This document shows, piece by piece, positions 19,666 to 29,416 of a stretch of 64,000 nt of DNA. A model generated the notes under the pieces. That model did not search any database, was not told where the DNA came from, and saw nothing but the letters and a program-made list of their open reading frames with translations. Source of the stretch: Acutalibacteraceae bacterium. GTDB taxonomy: Bacteria; Bacillota; Clostridia; Oscillospirales; Acutalibacteraceae. Both the position numbers and the translations under genes were made by a program. The stretch is taken from NCBI GenBank assembly GCA_045590855.1, contig JAZNRV010000077.1:2693-66692 (forward strand), written 5' to 3'. Each line of letters opens with the position of its first letter. Position 1 is the stretch's first letter.

Positions 19666-20736
19666 TTATAAACAAATCAATTCTTTGGGTGAATCAGTCA
19701 AATTGCGGCAACCGTCTGCCGTAATCCATGCCATATCCTCAATTCTGACACCGAATTGTCCCTCAATATAAATGCCGGGTTCCACCGTGACAACGTTGCC
19801 TGTCGTCAACACCTTTTCTGCCGCGCGAGGTGATACGGTGGGAGCTTCGTGTATTTCAACACCCACACCATGACCGGTAGCATGTCCAAAGTATGGTCCG
19901 TAACCGGCTGCTGTAATCACATTGCGCGCGGCGGCATCGGCATCACGGCACAAAACACCGTCACGCAAAGTTGCCAGTGCGGCTTGTTGTGCTTTTAGTA
20001 CCGTGTGGTAAACCTTTTGTTGTTCTTCGTTTATGGTACCCAGCGCAATCGTGCGCGTCATATCGGAACAATAGCCATCCACCACCGCACCGAAGTCCAT
20101 GGTGATAAAGTCGCCTTTTTGCACCGTCTTTTCTGTGGGGATACCGTGCGGTAACGAGGTGTTTTTCCCCGAAACAACAATAAAATCAAACGCCGTCCGT
20201 TCGGCACCTTGTTTGCGCACGTAAAATTCCAATTCCAAAGCAATCTCTCGTTCGGTCATGCCCTCTCGGATGTAGGACAAAATATGTGAAAAACCCTGTT
20301 CGCACAACGCTTGTGCTTGTAAAATGTGCGTTACCTCTTGTTCACTTTTGACAGCACGTTGCTCGCAAAGCCATGTGTCTAACGTGTTGGTAACATCCCA
20401 CTCAACCGCCGGTAACTGTTTTTTCAAACGCGCCACCTGCGCAGCAGTCGTTGTTTCAGCTTCCAAATAAACAAGTTGGATACCATGGCGGGTTATGAGT
20501 TCTTTGAGCGAATCGGAGAGAGCGGAAATTTGAAGACACTCAACACTCGAAAGCGTGGTTTTTGCGGTTTCGATATACCGAAAATCTGTCAAAAAATACA
20601 CTTGCTCTTTGGTCATAAACAACCAACTGTCCCCCGACGGGAAACCAACCAAATATCGCAAATGATGCGGTGCGGCAACGAGTGCCGCACTATGTTCGAA
20701 AAGTCGCCCACACAGGCGACGGCATTGTTCGTTCAT
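19666..20736 (-). CDS. M24-family Xaa-Pro aminopeptidase
   Basis: Creatinase-like N-domain plus M24 metal ligands (DFGAVVDGYCSDMTRT, HGTGHGVGVEIHE, EPGIY). Start trimmed to ATG 20736. Confidence 0.88.
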   Translation of the reverse strand: MNEQCRRLCGRLFEHSAALVAAPHHLRYLVGFPSGDSWLFMTKEQVYFLTDFRYIETAKTTLSSVECLQISALSDSLKELITRHGIQLVYLEAETTTAAQVARLKKQLPAVEWDVTNTLDTWLCEQRAVKSEQEVTHILQAQALCEQGFSHILSYIREGMTEREIALELEFYVRKQGAERTAFDFIVVSGKNTSLPHGIPTEKTVQKGDFITMDFGAVVDGYCSDMTRTIALGTINEEQQKVYHTVLKAQQAALATLRDGVLCRDADAAARNVITAAGYGPYFGHATGHGVGVEIHEAPTVSPRAAEKVLTTGNVVTVEPGIYIEGQFGVRIEDMAWITADGCRNLTDSPKELICL

Positions 20737-20741
20737 TGTGT

Positions 20742-21587
20742 TCATCCTTTGTATAATGCTGACAAGGTACACGCATCTTCCGCTTGTGTACCATCCGATT
20801 CACAAATAAACGTGGGCGATAATTTTCGCTGACGTATGAGTTGCATCAGCGGTGTCGGTTCGGGACCAAACACCGTATCTTCAAACGTCAAATGACGCTT
20901 TTCGCCGCCTTTGGTGTACTCAATTTTTGAAAAATGCGCATGGAACTGCGAGCCACGCTCTTCGCCCAACTCGTTATGCAAACGGTCCAGTAACGCCGCA
21001 AACGCCTCGGCAGAATTGAGTCCGCCAAGTGTACGGCTGTTAAGATGACCAAAATCAATGCACGGTAAAAAACGTTCGTCAATGTGGCAAAACGTGAGCA
21101 CTTCATCCAAGTCGCCGAGTTGGTTGATTTTGCCCATGGTTTCCGGACAAATGCGCACTTCTGACAACCCTTCGGCATCCAGTGCCTCTTGCGCACGGTG
21201 CAATGTGTGCGAAGCAAGCACTGTGGCTTCGGCACGCGACAAACCGCCTAACCCTCCGGGGTGCACGACAATACGCGTACCGCCCATTTGCGTGACAGCA
21301 CGCGCACTTTCCAAAATATAGCGAATGGAATTATCCCGTTTTTCCTCTTCGGCAGAGGCGAGCGAAATAAAGTACGGTGCATGCAAGGAAATGGCAATAT
21401 CGTGCTTTGCGGCGGCATCACCCAAGGCGACCGCTGATTCTGCCGATACTCTAACCCCGCGACCGCATTGATATTCATACGCGGTAAGACCCTGTGCATG
21501 CAGCCATTCGGGTGCTTGCAAGGTACTTTTGTAACCGGCTTCGTAAAACGAATTGCTGTTACCCGCAGGTCCAAAACGTGCGCTCAT
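20742..21587 (-). CDS. xylose isomerase-like TIM-barrel protein, endonuclease IV (Nfo)-related
   Basis: MSARFGPAGN...ISLHAPYFISLAS...VVHPG pattern of AP endonuclease 2/TIM-barrel family. Confidence 0.7.
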   Translation of the reverse strand: MSARFGPAGNSNSFYEAGYKSTLQAPEWLHAQGLTAYEYQCGRGVRVSAESAVALGDAAAKHDIAISLHAPYFISLASAEEEKRDNSIRYILESARAVTQMGGTRIVVHPGGLGGLSRAEATVLASHTLHRAQEALDAEGLSEVRICPETMGKINQLGDLDEVLTFCHIDERFLPCIDFGHLNSRTLGGLNSAEAFAALLDRLHNELGEERGSQFHAHFSKIEYTKGGEKRHLTFEDTVFGPEPTPLMQLIRQRKLSPTFICESDGTQAEDACTLSALYKG

Positions 21588-21592
21588 GTGTG

Positions 21593-22084
21593 TTACCCCT
21601 TCCTTTTAGCATAAAGTTTGCGTTCCCATTTGCGGCGCAACGCCAAAAACGGTTTGCCCGTTTCGGGGGCAATCGGTTGTAACAAAACGCAAGTGATGCC
21701 GCACAAATTAGCCCCCAAAATATCGGTAAACACTTGGTCACCGATGGCGGCGCATTCTTTTTTGGGTAACTGCAAACGACGAATCCCCCGTAAAAAACCA
21801 AACGGCAACGGTTTGCACGAAAGAGAAGTATGCCTGAGCCCTATTTTTTTGGCAAAGGGCGCCACGCGCCATTCCCACGAGTTGGAAACCACCGTCAAAG
21901 CGATACCCGCTTGCTTCATGGTTTCTAACCATTGCTTTACTTCCTCGGACAGTTCTTGGCTGCCGTGTGTGGTAAGCGTGTTATCAACATCTAACAAAAG
22001 ACCGCGAATACCCCATTGTTGCAAATCTTCCACTGTGATATCCGTGATGCGGTTCTTATAAACGGTAGGATAAAGTAACGGCAT
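21593..22084 (-). CDS. yqeG: YqeG-family HAD-IIIA phosphatase
   Basis: LLLDVDNTLT motif I, TVVSNS, GDQVFTDILGAN. Start trimmed to MPLLYP, because the track start would overlap rpsU. Confidence 0.88.
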   Translation of the reverse strand: MPLLYPTVYKNRITDITVEDLQQWGIRGLLLDVDNTLTTHGSQELSEEVKQWLETMKQAGIALTVVSNSWEWRVAPFAKKIGLRHTSLSCKPLPFGFLRGIRRLQLPKKECAAIGDQVFTDILGANLCGITCVLLQPIAPETGKPFLALRRKWERKLYAKRKG

Positions 22085-22140
22085 GGCAATCCCTTTCTTG
22101 TAAAGAAAAAACGGGCAAAAATTGCCCGTTTTCTTTTGAA

Positions 22141-22317
22141 TCATTTGAACTTTCTTTTACGAGCTGCCTCGGACTTTTTCTTGCGTCTCACGGAAGGCTT
22201 TTCGTAATGCTCTCTTTTCCGTACCTCGGCAAGGACACCGGAACGTGCGCAGGATTTTTTCCAACGACGCAGGGCACTGTCCAAGGATTCATTCTCTTTT
22301 ACTTTGACCTCTGACAT
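22141..22317 (-). CDS. rpsU: 30S ribosomal protein S21 (58 aa; below the ORF-track cutoff)
   Basis: Minus-strand ATG 22317 to TGA 22141: [67 protein letters not shown] upstream. Confidence 0.93.
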   Translation of the reverse strand: MSEVKVKENESLDSALRRWKKSCARSGVLAEVRKREHYEKPSVRRKKKSEAARKRKFK

Positions 22318-22380
22318 TCTTATTCCCTCCCTCCGCTGTTTAGCAGGGGTTATTTACCTATATCTAAACGATACCAATTA

Positions 22381-22409
22381 AGTATACAACATAAAAATAT
22401 CTTCGTCAA
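22381..22409 (-). promoter_or_regulatory. sigma-A-type promoter for rpsU
   Basis: Minus strand TTGACG, 17 nt spacer, TATACT. Confidence 0.6.
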
Positions 22410-22428
22410 GAGTTTTTTATGAAATTTG

Positions 22429-24840
22429 TTACTTAACTACGATGTTGACCAATTTTTGCGGAATATACAGTTCTTTGACAATTTGCTTACCTTCCAGTTC
22501 GGGGGCAACACGGTCGTTTTGTTTGGCTGCTGCCAACACGTCAGCGGCAGCATCGTCAATGCCGACCGTAATGCGTGCGCGAATCTTGCCGTTGACTTGC
22601 ACGGCAATTTCCACGCTACTTTCCACGCATTTCGCAGGGTCAAAAGTCGGCCACGGACGATAGGCAAGTTCTTCACTGTTGCCGATGTATTCCCACAACT
22701 CTTCCGTAAGGTGCGGAGCAAACGGATTAAGCAGTTGCAACAACACGGCATATTCACCGCGGGTGACACCTTGGTTGGCAAAATCGTTCATAAGTGCCAT
22801 CATAGCAGCAATGGCGGTGTTGAATTTTAAGTTTTCGATATCTTCGCTTACTTTGCGAATGGTTTTATGGACAGATAATTCCACGACAGGACGGATTTCG
22901 TCACTATCTTGCACATTGTCTGCCATCATCCACACGCGTTCCAAGAAGCGTCCCGCGCCGCGAATGCTCGCGCTCGACCACGGTGCCGCTTTTTCGAAGT
23001 CGCCAATGAACATTTCGTATACGCGCAAGGTATCGGCGCCAAATTCGTTAACAATATCATCGGGGTTGACGACGTTGCCACGGGATTTGGACATTTTTTC
23101 GCCGTTTTCACCCAAAATCATGCCATGGCTGGTACGTTTGGCATACGGCTCCGCCGTGGGCACTACGCCGATGTCGTACAAGAATTTGTGCCAAAAACGG
23201 CTATACAACAAGTGGAGCGTGGTATGTTCCATACCGCCGTTGTACCAGTTAACGGGAGTCCAATACGACAACGCTTCTTTGGAAGCGAGTGCTTTGTCGT
23301 TGTGCGGGTCACAATACCGCAAGAAATACCACGAAGAACCGGCCCATTGCGGCATGGTATCGGTTTCGCGTTTGGCGGGTGCGCCACACTTGGGACAAGT
23401 GGTGTTTACCCATTCGTCAATGGCTGCCAAGGGAGATTCGCCGTTGTCGGTCGGTTCGTAACTGTCCACTTTGGGCAAGCGAATCGGCAATTCTTCTTCC
23501 GGTACGGCAACTTGACCGCAATGCGGGCAATGAACAATCGGAATCGGTTCGCCCCAATAACGTTGACGCGAGAATACCCAGTCACGCAGTTTGTAGTTTA
23601 CTTTGGTTTTGCCAATACCGTTTTGTTCCAAATGTTCGATAACGGCTACTTTGGCTTCTTCGACGGTTTTGCCGTTTAAGAAACCGGAATTGACAAGAAT
23701 ACCGGTAGCGCAATCGGTAAAGGCTTCTTTTTCGACATCGCCGCCTTTGACGACTTCCACGATGGGTAAATCGAATTTTTTGGCAAATTCCCAGTCGCGC
23801 GTGTCGTGCGCGGGAACCGCCATAATCGCACCGGTACCGTACGACACCAACACATAGTCGGAAATGAAAATCGGAATGTTTTCTCCTGTCAAGGGATTGA
23901 CAGCGGTAACACCATCCAAGCACACACCGCTTTTATCTTTGGCGACTTCGGTGCGTTCGAAATCGGATTTTCTGGCAGCGGCTTCTTGGTAAGTGCGCAC
24001 TTCTTGCACATTCTTCAAAAGTCCGTTTTGCGCCCATTTTTCAATCAATTCATGTTCGGGCGAAACTACCATGTATGTAGCACCGAACAAGGTGTCGGGA
24101 CGAGTGGTATACACCACAATCGGTTCACCAGCAGTGGTTTGGAACGTTACTTCCGCGCCGGTGGAACGGCCAATCCAGTTGATTTGTTGTGCGCGAACGC
24201 GTTCGGGATAGTCCACCAAGGACAAATCGTCGATAAGGCGTTGTGCATACGCCGTGATTTTGAGCATCCATTGGCTTTTTACTTTGCGCACCACTTCGCC
24301 GCCGCAGCGTTCGCACACGCCGCCGACAACTTCTTCGTTAGCAAGCACGCATTTGCACGAGGTACACCAGTTGACCGCCATTTCCTTTTTATATGCCAAG
24401 CCGTTTTTGAACAGTTGCAAGAAAATCCATTGCGTCCATTTGTAGTACGCGGGGTCGGTAGTGTTAATTTCCCGCGTCCAGTCGAACGAAAGACCCAAAC
24501 CTTGCAACTGCGATTTAAAACGCGCTACGTTATTTTCGGTCACGATTTCGGGATGAATGTGGTTTTTGATAGCGTAGTTTTCGGTCGGCAGACCAAAAGC
24601 ATCCCAACCCATGGGGTACAGCACGTTGTAGCCTTGCATGCGGCGTTTACGTGCGACAACGTCCAAAGCAGTGTACGAACGGGGATGTCCCACGTGCAAG
24701 CCTTGGCCCGAAGGGTACGGAAATTCCACCAACGCAAAATACGCCGGTTTCTCCGTGCTATCGGATGCGGCAAACGTGTTTTCGGTTTCCCATTTGGTTT
24801 GCCATTTTTTCTCAATTTCCGCGTGGTTATACTGTTTCAT
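22429..24840 (-). CDS. leuS: leucine--tRNA ligase
   Basis: 803 aa; [13 protein letters not shown] (HIGH), KMSKS, zinc CxxC pairs. Confidence 0.97.
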   Translation of the reverse strand: MKQYNHAEIEKKWQTKWETENTFAASDSTEKPAYFALVEFPYPSGQGLHVGHPRSYTALDVVARKRRMQGYNVLYPMGWDAFGLPTENYAIKNHIHPEIVTENNVARFKSQLQGLGLSFDWTREINTTDPAYYKWTQWIFLQLFKNGLAYKKEMAVNWCTSCKCVLANEEVVGGVCERCGGEVVRKVKSQWMLKITAYAQRLIDDLSLVDYPERVRAQQINWIGRSTGAEVTFQTTAGEPIVVYTTRPDTLFGATYMVVSPEHELIEKWAQNGLLKNVQEVRTYQEAAARKSDFERTEVAKDKSGVCLDGVTAVNPLTGENIPIFISDYVLVSYGTGAIMAVPAHDTRDWEFAKKFDLPIVEVVKGGDVEKEAFTDCATGILVNSGFLNGKTVEEAKVAVIEHLEQNGIGKTKVNYKLRDWVFSRQRYWGEPIPIVHCPHCGQVAVPEEELPIRLPKVDSYEPTDNGESPLAAIDEWVNTTCPKCGAPAKRETDTMPQWAGSSWYFLRYCDPHNDKALASKEALSYWTPVNWYNGGMEHTTLHLLYSRFWHKFLYDIGVVPTAEPYAKRTSHGMILGENGEKMSKSRGNVVNPDDIVNEFGADTLRVYEMFIGDFEKAAPWSSASIRGAGRFLERVWMMADNVQDSDEIRPVVELSVHKTIRKVSEDIENLKFNTAIAAMMALMNDFANQGVTRGEYAVLLQLLNPFAPHLTEELWEYIGNSEELAYRPWPTFDPAKCVESSVEIAVQVNGKIRARITVGIDDAAADVLAAAKQNDRVAPELEGKQIVKELYIPQKLVNIVVK

Positions 24841-24842
24841 GC

Positions 24843-25220
24843 TTATTCATCCTCCAAAAAACTTGTTACAGGAACCGTTTGAGCATCCTGCCACAAGCGT
24901 TCCAAATCATAAAAACGACGAGTGTCTTCCGAAAACACGTGAATGACAACAGCACCGTAATCCAAAACAGTCCATAGCGATGACTGATATCCTTCAGTGC
25001 GTGACGGTTTAAATTCGCGTTTGGATAAATCGGTGTCCAAGTAATCCACCAAAGCACGAACGTGCGTGGTGCTGTTACCGGTGGCTAAAATAAAATAATC
25101 GGCAAGCGAGGTAATGTCACTAACTTTCAGCACGTGAACATCTTCGGCTTTGTGTTCATCCAAAGACTGTACTGCTGCTTTGACCAGTGCAAGTACTTGT
25201 AAATTTTCGGGTTGTGTCAT
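24843..25220 (-). CDS. rsfS: ribosome silencing factor RsfS
   Basis: [23 protein letters not shown]...[14 protein letters not shown]. Confidence 0.92.
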   Translation of the reverse strand: MTQPENLQVLALVKAAVQSLDEHKAEDVHVLKVSDITSLADYFILATGNSTTHVRALVDYLDTDLSKREFKPSRTEGYQSSLWTVLDYGAVVIHVFSEDTRRFYDLERLWQDAQTVPVTSFLEDE

Positions 25221-25228
25221 GAGGGTGA

Positions 25229-26404
25229 TTACTCCTCCGCTTCATTCTTGGTGATGTTTTGCTCGATCGCCATTTCCGACAACTTTTGCAAATGCACATT
25301 GGATGTGCCGCCGGTTGCCAGTTCGGTGATTTGCACGTCTGCTTCGGTGATGGCTTCGTCGTACGGATTAAATTGCGTGTTAAGCACGGTGAGCAATTGT
25401 GCTCGATGCACGCTGTAATACGAATCGGAATTAAACGAAGTTACCTCACCCGGCAACAGTTGCGCTGTCATGTTATCGAGCGTTACTTTGCGCCAACTTT
25501 GCACAATGGACAACATGTCGTCTTTGGAAGTGCGCGTGCGAATCGGGGTAGAGCCCCCCATTAACGGTAACAACGAATCTTCGGTGAGTTGTTCGTCGGT
25601 TTGCGCACACAGGCGTTGGAACAACGCCAAAAACACACGACGTTGCTTGACAATACGCGAAATATCACCTTGCACGCCCTTGTCGCGTTTGGTGATATAC
25701 GCCAGTGCAGCCGTGCCGTCCAAGGTACGAACACCTTTTCCGTAAGTGGTTTCGCCCAAGGTTATGGCAGCATCCAACTGAACGTCCACACCGCCGAGCA
25801 AATCCACAAATTTGATAAACGTATCTTGCGGGAACATAAAGTAACCATCCACCGGCAAGGAATATTGTTCGTTAAAAATTGCAATAACGTTATACGATGC
25901 CGAACCCGCTTTTTGCGTTAGGGTGTGACCGGCTTTTTTGTGTTCTTCCATTTCGGCCTTGTAAATGCGTTTGCCTTCAAACTCACACCAATCCAGCGGC
26001 GCGGGTTTCCCCCACACATAACCGGCTTTTTTAGTTGCCCAAATTTCGCTGTCGCCCAAATAGGTATCTTGCGGCACTTCCAAGATGTTGATGGTTTTCT
26101 TTTTCTTATCGTGGCATAACAACATAAGACTTTCGGTCGGTGAGGTTTCTTCCTCGCCTAACAACCCAACCACATAATACGCCACTTTGTTTTGCAAGGC
26201 GGTGGGCGTAGTGTCATACGCATTCACCGACGATTCGGTGTTATCTTTTTTGCCGGAGGTTTGTGTTAATGCACGGGCTGTGACAAAAATAAACACCAAC
26301 AATAACACGCAAAAAGCAATCAGCGAAATCATCAACACACGACGTCCTTGGTCGCTTTTTTTGCGGGCAGATTGTTTTTTCTTGTTACGAGTATCCTTTG
26401 CCAT
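25229..26404 (-). CDS. LytR-CpsA-Psr (LCP) family cell-wall polymer transferase
   Basis: Basic N-terminus plus TM; LMLLCHDKKKKTINILEVPQDTYL and RIVKQRRVFLALFQ match LCP core motifs. Confidence 0.82.
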   Translation of the reverse strand: MAKDTRNKKKQSARKKSDQGRRVLMISLIAFCVLLLVFIFVTARALTQTSGKKDNTESSVNAYDTTPTALQNKVAYYVVGLLGEEETSPTESLMLLCHDKKKKTINILEVPQDTYLGDSEIWATKKAGYVWGKPAPLDWCEFEGKRIYKAEMEEHKKAGHTLTQKAGSASYNVIAIFNEQYSLPVDGYFMFPQDTFIKFVDLLGGVDVQLDAAITLGETTYGKGVRTLDGTAALAYITKRDKGVQGDISRIVKQRRVFLALFQRLCAQTDEQLTEDSLLPLMGGSTPIRTRTSKDDMLSIVQSWRKVTLDNMTAQLLPGEVTSFNSDSYYSVHRAQLLTVLNTQFNPYDEAITEADVQITELATGGTSNVHLQKLSEMAIEQNITKNEAEE

Positions 26405-26405
26405 G

Positions 26406-27593
26406 TTAATCCCCCTTAAAATCTTGATAACAGGCGATGGTATCGGGATGTACGGGCCAATTTTGCTCGTTCAAATCCCGAATGGTGTATTCCAGCGCAT
26501 ACCGCATGGCGGCACGCCAATCTTGCTCGGTAAGTTCACGCATGATATCCACATCGGGATAATCGCGGTCTGCCGAAGTAAAATCTGCCAAATACAACAC
26601 AATTTCCGGCATGGTCATGCCGGCGCGACCGGTGGTGTGATAGCGCACGGGGTCTAAAATTTCTTTATCCGTAATCCCCAAAATGTGTTCCAAAAACACC
26701 GCACCGGAACGAGCATGCCACAGTTTTGGCGCTCCTTGTTCCACAGCGTCTAACAGTATACCAAATTCTTTTAAAATTTGCAACTGGGAATCTGCATGAG
26801 TATCCTTTAAAATATCGTGCAACAATCCCGCTGTGTACGCCTTTTTCGGGTTGGTGCCGTATTTTTCTGCCAAGTGTTTGGCTTGCTTTGCCACTTCCAA
26901 CGAATGGTGAAACCGTTTTGGCGTTAACCGCCCGCGCAAAATGTCCACATACTGCTCCTCTTCGTTGCAATAGGTTTTATGGGTAGTATACAACTGTTTT
27001 TGAGCAATATACACTTCTACCGAGAGTGGCACCAAGTCGGTAAGTTTTTCCCCCGCAGCCGCTTTTTGACGAATTGCGGTGGACGAAAGTTCACAAAGCG
27101 GGATAGCTTCTACCACGCAGCGAGCACCTTGCTGTTCCAAAATTTTGGCATACTCCCGTAATTTTTCGGCGGTTGCCTCATCACGCGGGGCCGCACATAA
27201 CGTTGCCAAACGGGCAATATCCGCAAACCGATGCCACGTGCTTAACGTCAAAAACATATCGGCACCTGTCAGTAAAAACAGTTCGGCACGGGGATATTGT
27301 TTTTGCATAGCTTCCAGCGTAAACACCGTAAAACTCGCACCGCGACGGTTAATTTCAAAATCCGATACCGCCAACTCTGCATACGGTTTACACGCCAAGC
27401 GACACATTGCCAAACGGTCAACCGCAGGTGCTAAATCCGTTTTTAATTTATGTGGCGGGACAAATGTTGGCATAAGCACCACACGGTCCAAAGAAAGCCG
27501 CGCAGCAAATTCCCGCGCCAACTGAATATGACCATTATGGATAGGGTCAAACGTTCCGCCAAACAAAGCAATCCGCTGTGCCATAGGGCTCAC
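26406..27593 (-). CDS. nadD: fusion protein: nicotinate-nucleotide adenylyltransferase NadD (about aa 1-205) plus YqeK HD-domain phosphohydrolase (about aa 215-395)
   Basis: GGTFDPIHNGH (HxGH) and SSTAIR (ISSTxxR) in the N-half. HSLEVA...GLLHDI (HD) and YqeK-like RYHTTGRAGMT in the C-half. One uninterrupted 395-aa frame. Confidence 0.88.
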   Translation of the reverse strand: MSPMAQRIALFGGTFDPIHNGHIQLAREFAARLSLDRVVLMPTFVPPHKLKTDLAPAVDRLAMCRLACKPYAELAVSDFEINRRGASFTVFTLEAMQKQYPRAELFLLTGADMFLTLSTWHRFADIARLATLCAAPRDEATAEKLREYAKILEQQGARCVVEAIPLCELSSTAIRQKAAAGEKLTDLVPLSVEVYIAQKQLYTTHKTYCNEEEQYVDILRGRLTPKRFHHSLEVAKQAKHLAEKYGTNPKKAYTAGLLHDILKDTHADSQLQILKEFGILLDAVEQGAPKLWHARSGAVFLEHILGITDKEILDPVRYHTTGRAGMTMPEIVLYLADFTSADRDYPDVDIMRELTEQDWRAAMRYALEYTIRDLNEQNWPVHPDTIACYQDFKGD

Positions 27594-27886
27594 CTTTCTC
27601 GCGGTAAAATGATTTTGGGTTCTTCGGGGTGGCGACGGTACAGTACAAATACCCTGCCGATAACTTGCACCACTTCGGCGTTGACCGAAGCGGCAATGGT
27701 TTCTGCCACCTCGCGTACCGATTCAGGAGCGGTAGGCAGTACGCGCCCTTGAATCAGTTCCCGTGCAGTTAGGGCATCGTCGGCTTGTTTGCAAACCGTA
27801 GCGGAAACACCGCCTTTACCAATGTGTAAAATATCTTCTAAATGGTTGGCTAAACCACGCAAGTAAGCACGTTGTTTGCTGGTCAT
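27590..27886 (-). CDS. yhbY: ribosome assembly RNA-binding protein YhbY (CRM domain)
   Basis: MTSKQRAYLRGLANHLEDILHIGKGG... Confidence 0.9.
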   Translation of the reverse strand: MTSKQRAYLRGLANHLEDILHIGKGGVSATVCKQADDALTARELIQGRVLPTAPESVREVAETIAASVNAEVVQVIGRVFVLYRRHPEEPKIILPRER

Positions 27887-27887
27887 G

Positions 27888-28487
27888 TTATTTTCCTCCC
27901 AATCGTTTTTCTAACAGCACACGGAATTGCCGCAATGCTTGGCCGCGATGGCTGATAGCATCTTTTTCGGCAGGGGTGAGTTCGGCTGTTGTTTTTTCGC
28001 CCACCAAAAACAACGGGTCATACCCAAAACCGTTGGTGCCGCGTTCTTCGTATCCGATACGCCCGTGAACGGTGCCTTCGGCGGTAATGGGGGCACTCCC
28101 GTCCGGGAAAACGCAACAGACGGCACACACAAATTGTGCATTACGTTTTTCAAACGGGACGTCTTTCAACGCATCCAACAATTTGTCGTTACAGTCTTTG
28201 TCTGTTCCATTTGGACCGGCATACCGTGCCGAGTAAATACCCGGTGCGCCGTCGAGCGCATCTACCGTCAAACCGGAATCATCCGCAATGGCGGGCAAGC
28301 CTGTCACTGCACAGGCGGATGCGGCTTTTAAATAGGCATTTTCGGCAAACGTGGTACCCGTTTCTTCCACTTCCGGTAAGGAAATGCCCAAATCTTTATC
28401 GGTCACCGCTTCAATACCGAGCGGTTCCAAAATACGGGATAATTCGGCTAATTTATGTGCATTATGCGTCGCAATGATATATTGCAT
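27888..28487 (-). CDS. rdgB: XTP/dITP diphosphatase (RdgB/HAM1)
   Basis: MQYIIATHNAHKLAE...EETGTTFAENA...GFGYDPLF. Start trimmed to ATG 28487. Confidence 0.9.
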   Translation of the reverse strand: MQYIIATHNAHKLAELSRILEPLGIEAVTDKDLGISLPEVEETGTTFAENAYLKAASACAVTGLPAIADDSGLTVDALDGAPGIYSARYAGPNGTDKDCNDKLLDALKDVPFEKRNAQFVCAVCCVFPDGSAPITAEGTVHGRIGYEERGTNGFGYDPLFLVGEKTTAELTPAEKDAISHRGQALRQFRVLLEKRLGGK

Positions 28488-28494
28488 TTTGTTT

Positions 28495-29403
28495 TCACTC
28501 TCCAAACAAGGCTTCGGCAAAAGTGGCGGCATCAAAGGGTTGCAAATCGTCAATCCCCTCGCCTACCCCAATGTATTTGACCGGTACGTTGAGTTCTTCG
28601 CGCACGGTGAGTACCACACCGCCGCGTGCCGTACCATCCAATTTCGTCAGTACAATGCCGGTGATACCCGCGGCTTGCAAAAATTCCCGTGCTTGATTCA
28701 CGGCATTTTGTCCGGTGGTGGCATCCAACACCAACAACACTTCGCACGAGGCATTTGGCAATTCGCGGTCGATAACACGGCGAATTTTTGCCAGTTCTTC
28801 CATTAAATTTTTCTTGTTATGCAAACGCCCGGCGGTGTCGCAAATGACAACATCCATATTTCTTGCCTTGGCGGCAGAAAGAGCATCAAACACCACGGCG
28901 GCAGGGTCAGCATTGGCCGTGTGTTTCACCAAGTCAACATCGGCGCGCCCAGCCCAAACTTCCAACTGCTCAATGGCGGCGGCACGAAACGTATCGGCGG
29001 CACCAAGCAACACTTTTTTGCCTTCGGCTTTCAGCCCGGCTGCCAGTTTGCCGATGGTGGTGGTTTTTCCCACACCATTAACACCGATGACCAACACCAC
29101 CGATGGTGTGGTATCCAAGTGCAACGAGGCATCACCGCTTAACATATCTTCTACGATTTCGCGTAACATGCCGCGAACGGCGGCAGGGTCGGTTTCACCC
29201 CGCTCTTTGACCAGTGTACGCAATTTTTCGCACAAAGCGTCGGCGGTGGCAACGCCGACATCTGCTGTTATGAGTATTTCTTGCAGTTCTTCGAACAATT
29301 CTTCATCAATTTTGGTAAAGGCGCGCAACATACCGTTGACGGTGCCCATCAAAGAGTCCCGTGTTTTGCGCAATCCGTTACTGATTTTGCTGAAAAAACC
29401 CAT
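28495..29403 (-). CDS. ftsY: signal recognition particle receptor FtsY
   Basis: NG domain: GVNGVGKTTTIGKLA, DTAGRLH, TKLDGTARGG. Confidence 0.95.
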   Translation of the reverse strand: MGFFSKISNGLRKTRDSLMGTVNGMLRAFTKIDEELFEELQEILITADVGVATADALCEKLRTLVKERGETDPAAVRGMLREIVEDMLSGDASLHLDTTPSVVLVIGVNGVGKTTTIGKLAAGLKAEGKKVLLGAADTFRAAAIEQLEVWAGRADVDLVKHTANADPAAVVFDALSAAKARNMDVVICDTAGRLHNKKNLMEELAKIRRVIDRELPNASCEVLLVLDATTGQNAVNQAREFLQAAGITGIVLTKLDGTARGGVVLTVREELNVPVKYIGVGEGIDDLQPFDAATFAEALFGE

Positions 29404-29416
29404 GGTTTATCCTTTC

